A DNA stretch of 58,598 nt, the filler included, from Dirinaria sp. TL-2023a (lineage: Eukaryota): NCBI GenBank assembly GCA_051941275.1. It is 3 parts of 3 records of this genome, joined end to end, with 100 filler letters (N's around TTAATTAATTAA, not from the genome) between each part and the next. Parts side by side here need not be neighbours in the genome. Positions count along the whole stretch, not along the records: positions 1 to 19,494 come from JAVEBF010000332.1; 2 more parts are not named here. One strand, given 5' to 3'. Under the pieces are notes generated by a model that worked only from the letters and a program-made list of their open reading frames with translations, was not told the origin of the DNA and searched no databases. Made by a program: the position numbers and the translations under genes. Positions 1-10,164 of the stretch are shown one piece after another. The stretch's first letter is position 1. The number at the start of each line of letters is the position of its first letter.

Positions 1-639
1 TTGCTACTCTTGTGCTGGTTGAATATACAGTTTGGCACGCGACCTACCTTAGGAAAGGGGAGGGGGGAAAGAGGCGAGAGTGGGTATGCAGAGTGTTTGA
101 ATTTGCCGGGATGGAAAGCTTTGTAAAAAAAAGTCTAAAAAAAAAATATCACGGTTAGGACTTCAAACCGGGCAAAGAGGTCTGACCAACAGTAGAGTGT
201 AAGGTTAGCTCTTAGGATTCTGTCAGCTCTGGAATTTGCTCCTTATCTCTCTATAAAATGACTGTTCTCGCTGTACTAACGCTCCGAAAAATTTTCTAGG
301 GATACAAGAAGCCTGATGCTGGCTTCGGGACAAAGCAAGTACCTAGCTGCTTCGGCCTGTCATGTACACATAGGCAGTAGGGCGCCTTAGCCAAGAGCCC
401 CTCATGGAGCCTCGAGCTTCGGACAGGTCATCATCCAATGGCCTTTCCACCGGAGAGGTGCGACTGGAAATAACAACTCTCTATTATTGAAGCTCAATCC
501 TCAGACAGGTCAGGTAGGAGTACCATAGCACTGCTATTTGGAGTCCTTGCTGGGATGATGTAGAAACAGAATTTATGGTACAAAGAACCGAGGCCTTTAA
601 GAAGGCTCGGTCGTCGAATAATTTGGTAGACGGAAAGGC

Positions 640-3023
640 TTAAAGGGTAACATGCATGGGATCATTGGTCCCGAACGGCCTATTGCAGTTTGGGCACTTT
701 CTTGATCTTGAGGTTCGGCGTTCTTCGACGCAGTCCTTGCAGAAGACGTGACCGCAGGTCTTGATGGCTGTGTTCTTGAAATTGACGCGGCAAACAGTGC
801 AGAGTGCTATGGTCTGATTATAAGGTCAGCGAGTTCGAGGAGCAACCAGGTAACCAAGCCGAGGAGCAACTTACCCGAAGCATCTCATACTCCTCGCTCT
901 GATTGCCTAAACCCTTGGTCTTCCATGACTCTAGACTCTTTTGCGTCTCTTCCAGACGAACCCTAAGCGCTTCGATTTCGATTTCGGCTTTCCGATGCGC
1001 ACTTGAGACAATATTGGTAGACTCATCTTTCTTGGCAAGGTTCTTCTTGAGGTCTTCCACCTGCAATCTGAGACCATCATTCAGGATGTTTCGTTCGCTC
1101 ACCTGCTGCTGGAGAGCGCTATGTTTGCTGTTCAAAGCCGCAATAGCACTCTTCTGCTCTGCGACCTGCTTTTCCAAGTTGGTCATCAAAGTGCGGCTGG
1201 CTGCTTCAGCTTCTTTGAGTTGGGACACGATCTCAGAAGTCTTTGAATTATGTGCGCGCAAAGTCCGTACCTCCTGCTCACGGGCCTCTTTGGCTTTCAT
1301 GGCCGCGAAATATTTCTGATCGGCCTTTGATTTCTCAGCACCTAGTCGAAGTGCCTTTTCTTCAAGATTCGTAGAAGTCGTGACCTTCTGTGATGCTACA
1401 GCGGATGTCTTTTGGTAAGCTGTTTCCATCGAATGTAGCTCGGCCTTCAGCATCGCGTGCTGGCGCTCTAAAGTCGAATATTTAGTGTGAAGATCATCCG
1501 CCGAAGCATCCTCTACACTGGGCTGCGGGCTTGGAACACCATTCGTTTGGCTGATTTGCATGTTCATTCTTTCGATCTCTGATTCAAGTGCCTTGATACG
1601 CTCCTCTCGGGCAATTGCAAGTTCCCTAATTTGATCAATTGATGCTCGCTCCTGCCCCTGCGCTGCTTTACGCATCGACACATCTGCCACAAGTTCGTCT
1701 CTTGTCGTCCGAATCCTTGCAAGGTCGTTTTCAGCTTGAGCCAATAGGGCCTCTTTCTCTGCAACGGCCATCTGCGACTCTTGCTCTAACTGCACTCGGT
1801 ATGCCACACGTTCAGCTTGGAGCTTCTCAGCCTCCTCCCGTAGCTTCACGTTCGTGGCTTCTAAGTCGTTGACTCGTTTGATTACGTCCTCGTGTTGACT
1901 TTTGAAATACTTGAACAGATCCGTCTTGCTGTAGTCATCATCGCTCAAATGAGTGAGCCTGGTCTCCAGGGTCGTTATTTGGGTTCGCAGCTTCTCATTG
2001 TCAGTTTCCAGAGCTTGAAGCTGCTCTTTTTGTTTGATGAAAGAGACATCAGCCTCCTTCCGCGCTCGCTCCACTTGGAATAGAGCGTCGCTGCCGCCCT
2101 TACCACCATCCCCGCTGGCCTTGTCTATTGGATCGCTGCTTGGCTCACTTTTGACACTTGCGATGGCTTGCTGTTCAAGCTTCTGCACGGTTAAACTTTT
2201 GACTCTATCTAGCTTCTTCTCTGCAAGCATGTATCGCAGGGAAGCGTCTTCCAAGCGTTGTTCAAGTTGTTCCTGCTCTTGACGACTTTTCTCAAGTTCA
2301 TTTATATGAACCTTCTCGTCCGCAAGCAATCGCGCGATTCGAGCCTGCAAATCGGATACCTGTGCTGTCGCGGGAGGCTGGTTGAACAGATGACTTATTG
2401 CGGATGATATACTCTTTGACCTCGATTGCAGGTGCATCTCAAAAGCCAACTTGTCACTATTTAGAAGCGCAGAGGGGAAGCTTGAGTATGACGCTTGATT
2501 CGTTATGTCAGCAACGAGTAACTTGATTTCGTCCAGAAGCTACAAACTAAATAAGCCTTATGTTCGAATGGTGAGAGAGCAGGCCTACTGACTTGGCTGA
2601 ACCATGCGTCAACCATTCGTAGATGATCGTCGTGGTACGCGGTGCGCTTCGATAAATCCTTCAGCCGGGTCTCCAGATGACTACGATCTCTCTTGTATTC
2701 CTGCATCTGTCGCCATATTGCCTCTTTTTGGAAGCGCTATCGGAAAACGTCTATCAGCTACTAGCACTGAAGGATCGGATCTGACCGCATGGAGGTCTGG
2801 GTTCGCCGTCGGAAGGAAGAGTTTCGACGATAAGGCTTACCTCCAAGTCATCTTGCCAAGGCATGTCTGCATCCGGGTGAGATTTGGCGGCACCGTTGAC
2901 CGATGTTGCTTGCCTCTTTAGCGGAGGGGCAGAGTCTGCACCGTCGACCGCTGGCCGCTTCCTTTCCTCCATCTTGACAAGAGTAGGGGAAGGAAGGGAG
3001 ACAGGAGGACTTTTGACGAGCAT
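640..3023 (-). CDS. BRE1: E3 ubiquitin ligase Bre1 (histone H2B monoubiquitination); exons 3023-2841, 2736-2593, 2539-875, 813-640
   Basis: N-terminus KMEERKRP...MPWQDDLE|RFQKEAIWRQMQEYKR, long coiled coil, and C-terminal C3HC4 RING (CTVC...CGHVFCKDC...CPNC) in the last exon; GT-AG introns join all exons in frame. Confidence 0.95.
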
Positions 3024-3433
3024 CAGTGCCAGTCTCTGTCCGTCAACGGTCTACCAATATCGATCCGACGCATCCGATCTCGATGGTCCAAACTCTGAGT
3101 TATCAACAGGACTGAGGTAAGTAGGTAAAGGGGTGCTGGGGCGAGGTTCGAGTAAGTTCAAGGAAGAGGAGATTAGGAGAAGAATTCGAGAGACGTTTAC
3201 CAGTTAGCGGCTGACTTAGTGCCTTGGCGCGTCTGGCCCCACGTTCCATTCCGGTTAGCGCTCGAAACAGTCGCGGTCGAGCGAGACGTCTTTGGTTCTT
3301 CTACTTTACTCTGTACCTTCTACCTGCTACCTGAATAATACCACTACTACTGTACTCTGTCATCCCTAAAGTGTAGGTATCTGACGAACTCACTTTACTT
3401 TCCGACCATCTCGCTCTCGTGTGCTTGCGCGCC
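3024..3433. promoter_or_regulatory. Compact divergent promoter region BRE1/BDP1
   Basis: Start codons about 410 bp apart on opposite strands, with pyrimidine-rich leaders facing each gene. Confidence 0.6.
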
Positions 3434-5604
3434 ATGTCGGGTGTAGGCAGTTCGGTAATCAGTGAGTACTCAGTTTCCTAGTACTCAGTTTCCTTTCTCT
3501 CCACCCTCACGCCCAAGCTCACTTCCATCAAGGAAAGGGTGATCCTAATAAGAAAATCCAGCCCAAAGCTGCTCCATCCCGCAGGCAACCCCCCTCAAGT
3601 CAAACCTCCGCCAATGTCACCGTCGACAGGCGCACCCTCTCGCACACGCCCCAGCCTCGACCGGCGCAACAGTGTACCGCTGTCTCGCCAACTCCTACAC
3701 CTTCAAACGCACAATATGTCCCCACTCACGACGCCGCTGCCACCATAGACCAGACGGCGCAGAATGCGGTCTCGGATCGGGAAGTTGAAAGGGCCGAGAC
3801 GGAATCACAATCCCACAGCAACATTCGCGTCGCAACACCGATTTCCCCTCAACCTTCCCAGAGAAGCGCCGCAGATTTTGAGGCAGCTGTATCTCCTGCC
3901 CAGAGACCACAGCAGTCGTCCAATCGAGCACCATTGGTTAGAGACAGCTCAGCGCCCGCCTTAGCTGGCAAGTCTACATCAATATCGGCTTCCCAGGATC
4001 TCCAATCTAACCCTTCAATCGCTGGGTCTTCTAGGCATTTGCCTTTAGAACTCACTTCCTCCGAGCCAGTCACCAGGAAACCCGGAATATCCTGTGCGCA
4101 GCCAGCAGCAAAGCGTCGGCGGATAGAGCAGCTAGGAACGAGCATTACTGCAAGCCGCGACACTGCTGGCTCTGGCGAGGCTTCGCTGGCAAGCAAAAAT
4201 GACGAACGTCAGGAAATGTCACACTTCCAAATCGTTGTGCCACCACCCTCCCAAGTCTATTCCCAACCAATTAGGCGGTCACCTGAAGCAGCACAGGCGG
4301 CCAAAAAGAGACAACCAAGGCTTTCTGCCAAAGCAAAGGGTAAGCAGCGCGCTATCGAAGATACGGCGAGTGGAAACGCGTCTGCAGGATCGCAGAGGAA
4401 GGCAGCGCAGAGAAGAAAGCCTCGGCCCTTGCAGAAGATCATAGGCACACAGACCGCGGATGAGGCGGCTAGAGAGATTGTCGCTGCTGCGACCACAACA
4501 AACAAGGGTCGTAGAAGGAAAAGGAGAAGTGTTACCCCAGAGAACGCTGAAAGTGTCCGAATCGTCCCGTCGAAGGTTCTTATGTCAGAGCTCACCAAGA
4601 ACCTGCGGACTGGCAAAAAGTCTACTCGAGAAGCGGAGCTCGAGGAAATGGACCAAGTTGCCAAAGCCAAACGCAAACAACAACGCAAAGACCGACGCAA
4701 CGGCATCAATCAGGCTCAGGATCAACCGTCTACTAGCGACACAATTCAAGAAACCGGCGAAGAGCGACTCGAGCGCATTGCGCGTGAAAAGCAGGCATCT
4801 CGCGCTGTCCCCAATACCATCATTGTCAACGGTCAGATCCTCATTGACGAATCTTCTTTGCAAATCGACCGTCACGCTGCTGCAGCTGCCGAGCGCGATG
4901 CTGAGCAGTTAGAAGCCGTCGAGGAAAATGAGCTCACCCGGCGAGTGAATAGTGGAACATGGCTCAAGCACGACAAAAGCGGCGGCTGGGGGGAACTGAT
5001 GACAGACCAATTCTATGACGGCTTACGTATGTTCGGCACAGATTTCAATATGATCAGCAAGATGTTTCCCGGCAAGACTCGACATTCGGTAAAGCTGAAA
5101 TTCAACAAAGAGGAGAGGGACGACCCAAGGAGAATTGAAATGGCGTTGAAGGGTGAGAGGGTACCGGTCGACATAGAAGAATTCCAGAGGGTGACAAATA
5201 CGGTCTTCAGTGATCCGAAGGAGTTGGAGAGGGAGATGGAGGAGGATAAGAGGAAGATCGAAGAGGAGGCGGCGGCCGAGAAGGCGGCTCAGGATGAGAT
5301 TCTGAAGCAAAGAGCTGATGCGGCCGCCGCCGAGGCTGAGGCGGCCGAGAATGAATCGAGTGCCAAGGAGAACCAGGCTGGCAGAGAAGGAGAGGCTGAA
5401 GCTGAGGCTAAAGCCGTGAACGTTAAGGAGCAGGCTAGTGCGACAACGAAGAGAGGCCGACATCGCGCCGGGCAAGCGAGCAACAAGCGCAAAGGGAAGG
5501 AGAAGCAACTCTCAAAGAAATCGAAAGCCGTAAGTGGGAAAGCGAGGTCGGCACGCCTAAAGAAACCTCTTGAAAATACTACTGCTGGGGCTCCTGAGGC
5601 CTGA
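3434..5604 (+). CDS. BDP1: RNA polymerase III transcription factor TFIIIB B'' subunit (Bdp1); exons 3434-3461, 3533-5604
   Basis: Spliced N-terminus MSGVGSSVIRKGDPNKKIQPKAAP; the frame is open from 3533 into the 556-aa ORF; SANT/Myb-like Bdp1 domain (W..MTDQFYDGLRMFGTDFNMISKMFPGKTRHSVKLKFNKEER) preceded by IIVNGQILIDESSL. Confidence 0.92.
3465..3494 (+). repeat. 15-bp perfect tandem duplication (AGTACTCAGTTTCCT)x2 in the BDP1 intron
   Basis: Read directly, overlapping the GTGAGT donor. Confidence 0.85.
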
Positions 5605-5958
5605 TGTCTGCGAAATTCCTAACCAGTGGCAGTTGCGGGACAAGAGCTCGCCATAATCCGGAGTCGAATTCTACAGGCAGGGTGAATCCGGTCAGGTCAT
5701 TTATGATTATGCCCTGGCCTGCGCTTGTCAGCTGCTTCGAGCGATTAGCAAACAAAGCCTGAACAGTATAAAACGTCTGCTTCAGAGCATACTCAAGCCC
5801 GCTCTAGTGCTGTATGAATTGATTCCTAATCAGTCCGTCAAAGCTGCGGATACGTACCATGTAGGTTGTATATCGGACACACGGCCCTTCCCCATCATCC
5901 AAAAAGTGACCTCCAAACCCACTTTGGCGCACAGCTGTGGTCGAATATCCACGCAGAA

Positions 5959-6870
5959 TCACCTCCTGCTAGTGCTTCCGAATCCCGAACTTTCGTGCCT
6001 ACTCGACGAAAAACTTGATCCAGAACTCCCACTTGACCTCGTGGTTCTCGAGCTCCCTTCCCAAGGATCGCTCCGTCCCCAACCGTTATCCCTCTGTTGC
6101 TGCTGCTGCCCACTTCGCCCGGCCATATAGCCGGCCGCGGCGCCCCCCAGCGCACCGCTCCAGAAGCCCGGCCTCCACGCTTCCTGCCCCTGCGGTTGTC
6201 TTGAGCTCCACTTTGGCTGGCTGGGGAACCTCGAATACGGCGGTGGTGGATCGTTTCCTCCCCCTCCTCCTCCGCCACCGCCTTCCCAAGGGTTGCCTGC
6301 AGCCCCACCAAGTCGCACCCCATCATCACGTATAAAAGCCGCCCAAATTATCCACGCCAGTACCGCCACCAAAGCTACCCAGAAAGCGTATGTGATCCAC
6401 GCAGGCGTCTCACCTTCTAGATCCTCAGGATATCCACCTCGGGTGCGACCATATCTTTGCTCCCCCCTCTCCGTCAGTAGAAGGCGGTATTCGACCCCAC
6501 AGCTGCCTTTGAGGACATAAGGATCGTCGGGGGAAGCGAAACCCTCGCAAATCACATCCGTCGACCCGAGCTTGAACTCCGGTGGCAGGGACGCGGTGCA
6601 CGTCCACTGGATGTCTTCGGGGGAGTAGTCGGAACCCTGGTTTTTGCAGCGCAGCATGTCCACTTCGAACAAGCCCCGCGCGGTGCCACTGACACATTTC
6701 AGCTGCGGGATGGCGGAGACGCGGTTATGGCTTGTCAGGAGATCTTTGCGCAGGGTGAGCGTCTTGACGTTTGAAAGCAGGATCTTCTCAGGCGGTTTAC
6801 GCGCTGCCAAGATCGTGGACGGGAGGGGAAGGGTGAGGATGGTGGGGAGGAGGTAGGTGTGTAGATGCAT
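5959..6870 (-). CDS. SARAF/TMEM66-like (DUF1183) single-pass membrane protein
   Basis: Signal peptide (MHLHTYLLPTILTL...), Cys-rich luminal domain (IQWTCTASLPPEFKLGSTDVICEGF...YVLKGSCGVEYRL), one TM helix, PPPPY motif, GFWSG and terminal GFGSTSRR; intronless. Confidence 0.88.
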   Translation of the reverse strand: MHLHTYLLPTILTLPLPSTILAARKPPEKILLSNVKTLTLRKDLLTSHNRVSAIPQLKCVSGTARGLFEVDMLRCKNQGSDYSPEDIQWTCTASLPPEFKLGSTDVICEGFASPDDPYVLKGSCGVEYRLLLTERGEQRYGRTRGGYPEDLEGETPAWITYAFWVALVAVLAWIIWAAFIRDDGVRLGGAAGNPWEGGGGGGGGGNDPPPPYSRFPSQPKWSSRQPQGQEAWRPGFWSGALGGAAAGYMAGRSGQQQQQRDNGWGRSDPWEGSSRTTRSSGSSGSSFSSSRHESSGFGSTSRR

Positions 6871-7364
6871 CTTTTTTGTTTTCCCAAGTGTTTTGGTCAC
6901 GCAGGAAGGAAGGGAAGGCAATGGAATGAGGAGAGCATCGCTTGGCGCTGGATGGTACCACTAGCCAAGTGGCCCTTTAGGAAGAACGTGCTTGTCAGAT
7001 GCTACAAATATCCGGAATGCTGAAGCCTAAGTATCTCATTGCACGAAGTACCTACTTTATGGTCCCTCGGTCCGCATTCAACAATTGACGCGGCCAAGAC
7101 GTCACGCCAAGATTTTGGGTCGAAGGGATCGCAGGGCATGAAAAGACGTTGTTGATGACATTGGGCAATCTACGAGTTTGTGAAGCTTTGTTGAGCGGAA
7201 CTGCGCATGTGCTGAAGGGACAGGTGAGACTTTCGCGTGAGACTGTACAGCAAGGTGGCGATCTTGATTTGCTCTATTCAAGTGAATTAGGCACACAAGA
7301 ATGCCTTTCGGTACTTTAGCAGAGATCTACCGCGAAACACGCTTTCTGAAAAAGGATAAGTCCT

Positions 7365-8913
7365 CTATTTGAAGCATTTGGATCCAGCGACATCCATTTC
7401 TTTGCCATTGACCATGATGGGCTTGTCTCCTGCCCATTGGTCATCGAGGAACTCCCTATCCTCCTTCTTAGTTGGATCCAGCTTGGTGAACTCGTAGCTC
7501 TCGTAGTCCGGCGCAACATCGAACGCAGGCAATGCTTCTTGCCCGCGCACAACAAAGGCGCCTTGAATGACGGAATTATTGGTCTCTCCAAAGACGGAGG
7601 CGCAGCCGAAGATGTATTTCCGGGAAGCTTCGAGACGTGCGAAGAATCCGCCTAAGAGTTGCGTGAGCCTGAGCCGGACATAGATACTTGAGCCACTTAC
7701 CGATTAAGTTGGTGCTCATAAAGGTCATTTTGAGCTCATTATTGTACTTGTAATCAACCCTCCATAGCGAGTATTCCTCGGCATTGAAATTTTCCCAGAA
7801 CCACGGAAGCGCGACTTCGCGAGTTTCTTCGTTTGAGTATTTGCGCTTCCAGTCATCGAGGGCCAATGTTGGTTTTGGAAGAGCATCGAGTGGATGCTTG
7901 GGCTTAGGTGCCGGTGGAGCTTCCTCTTCCTCTTCTTCTGGCTCCTTGACTTTTGGCTTGGGTGCTGCCTTGGGCTGCTCTTTCTTCTCCTTAGGGGCCT
8001 GCTTCGGTGGCTGGTTCTTCATTGCTTCGTCGATGAATTCAGGCTTACCAGCCACGGCTGAGAAGATGGGCTGGTTGTGGACTGTCTCATACCAACGTGT
8101 GACATTGGGATAATCTGCGCGCCATTTCTTATCGAAGAGGCATTGAAAGCCGCGCACGAGAAGACCAGTAGTGAAGAGATCAGCAAGGGTTATACGCTCG
8201 CCAACAAGGAATGTATTGACAAGGAGGTGCTGATCTAAAACGCCGACAGTCTTGTTGGTCAGCTTGATCGCCTCATCAACGTTCTTCTTGTTGTATGGGT
8301 CGCGACCAAGGAGTGGACGGACTACAGCGGCCGCTGCAGGGAGGATCTCAGAGTTGGCGAATGACATCCACTTCACTATTGACGCATAGTCTTGCTTGGT
8401 CTTGCCAAGAAGGCTTGTTTTTTCATTCTGGGATGTGACTGACCGATTGTCAGTTCAGGTGCACCAAGAAGATCATTAGAAGTAGCTTTGAGTGCAGGCG
8501 GTCTGGTCAGAGTGTGAATATATCTCAACAATAGTCTTCAGACAGGGATAACTGTATTGGTAATGTTTCTCTCATCATGCTAGAGGTGCTGCTCGTCTCG
8601 CGCGGCTAAGACGAGATTTAAGAAGGACATACTGTAGATGGCAATGGCTATACATTCCGTCAATTCATACCCATCTTGTCCAACAAAGGATGGGATTCTG
8701 CCAAGGTGGTTGATTCTCAAGTAGTCGTTTGAGACACCTTTTGCAGGCTCAGTGTGGACAATTTCAAGATCGATACCGTACTCCTTAGCTACTGCTCGGA
8801 TGGCGGTTGAACGTGCATTGCCCTGCGGAGGGGTTTGATAACATTAGTATTACCTGATTCCGAAACTTGAAACATCATCTTACATCATAGGTGTAGAGTT
8901 TCCCAAAAGGCAT
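7365..8913 (-). CDS. TEF4: Translation elongation factor eEF1B-gamma; exons 8913-8884, 8822-8633, 8438-7701, 7651-7365
   Basis: GST-like N-terminus (MPFGKLYTYD|GNARSTAIRAVAK), KPKHPL...DDWKRKYSNEETREVALPWFWENF...GGFFARLEASRKY EF1G domain, ends KCFK*. Confidence 0.96.
8507..8578 (-). ncRNA. snR38: Intronic box C/D snoRNA, snR38/SNORD31 type (LSU rRNA 2'-O-methylation guide)
   Basis: Minus strand of the 194-nt intron 2 of eEF1B-gamma: box C ATGATGA (8578-8572), guide CAGTTATCCCTGT (8554-8542) directly before D' CTGA (8541-8538), C'-like TGTTGA, and box D CTGA (8510-8507). The guide is complementary to the conserved LSU rRNA sequence ACAGGGAUAACUG; yeast snR38 lies in the TEF4 intron. Confidence 0.9.
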
Positions 8914-9186
8914 GTTGATGTTCTTCGATTATTCGTTGCTTGTGAAGCTGCTGTTCCTTAGTCTTGTGGAGAATTAGATGAGGATATTTTATTTCTTGTG
9001 GTCGAAAAGTAGCCGCCGCCCTATTTGGCGCGCCTCCGAGAAATAGCCGCCCGCTCCGCCCTTCCGTCAACTGGAAGTCTCGACTTCGCGGTCGAACCAG
9101 TAACGCTGACTTCCGCTCCTCAAATATACCGCTTGTCAAGCTCTCAGCAGAGAAGCAATCAAATTTAGTAAAGAAGTGCAGTTGTC
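8914..9186. promoter_or_regulatory. Compact divergent promoter region eEF1B-gamma/MRPS9
   Basis: 273 bp between divergent ATGs, with a GC-rich core (TAGCCGCC twice, GGCGCGCC). Confidence 0.6.
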
Positions 9187-10164
9187 ATGGCGTCAAAGCT
9201 GCCGCTCGGTTCACCTTCCAAAACCACCTTTCGATGTCCGAAATGCTACGCCCGCCTTGCCCGACCTCTCAGATCTGGGAGGCACTTCACGGCAACTTTG
9301 ACGACCACCTCGGTAAAATCTTCACTTGCAGCTCCAGCGATCGACTTTAGCAAGATGGAGCTCCCGCCGCCCTCTCAATCTCACGCGCGTATAGTGCCAG
9401 TATCACCTTCTTACTTCACTGCCCGCCCTCTGTTCACGGACAACTTCCTTGAGCTCCAAAATTTGTTACGCAAATACCTCTCTCTCCCTCTAGTCGACGC
9501 AGCGCAAGCACCACGTGTGGTGTGGAAGGATGTTTCCCAGTACCGTTCTCAGGTTGGGGAACCTGTGCGCACGTCCAAATATCAACTCCTCGTCGAAATG
9601 TTGAGACGATTGAACCAGATTGATCCGCAAATGATGCCGGATGATATAAAGGCGGCTCTGGAGCCCTTCAAACGTCATGTGGATCCTTTTTTTAACAAAC
9701 CTAATCCGGGAGTCATTGATGAGGATGGACGGGCCTGTGGAATTGGGAAGCGAAAAAGCAGTAGTGCCAAGGTTTACCTTGTGCAAGGGGATGGAGAAGT
9801 ATTCATCAACGGCAAGGGTATTAACGCTGTGTTTGGAAGGATACATGACCGGGAAAGTGCCCTGTGGCCCCTAAAAGCTACCGAGCGAATGGATAAGTAT
9901 AATGTCTGGGCATTAGTAAGCGGCGGAGGGACCACGGGGCAGGCGGAGTCTATAACATTAGGAATAGCTAGGGCGTTGATGGTGCACGAGCCGATGCTGA
10001 AGCCGGCGCTGAGAAGAGGTATGTGACTAAACACACTCTCAGCAGAGTTGATAGCTGATAGTGTCCTTGTAGCCGGCTGTGTGACAAGGGACCCTCGAAG
10101 AGTGGAAAGAAAGAAGCCCGGCAAAGTCAAAGCGCGAAAGATGCCAGCATGGGTCAAGAGATAG
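9187..10164 (+). CDS. MRPS9: Mitochondrial small-subunit ribosomal protein uS9m; exons 9187-10018, 10073-10164
   Basis: Arg/Ser-rich presequence-like N-terminus; S9 motifs [18 protein letters not shown], and spliced C-terminus [26 protein letters not shown]. Confidence 0.95.
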
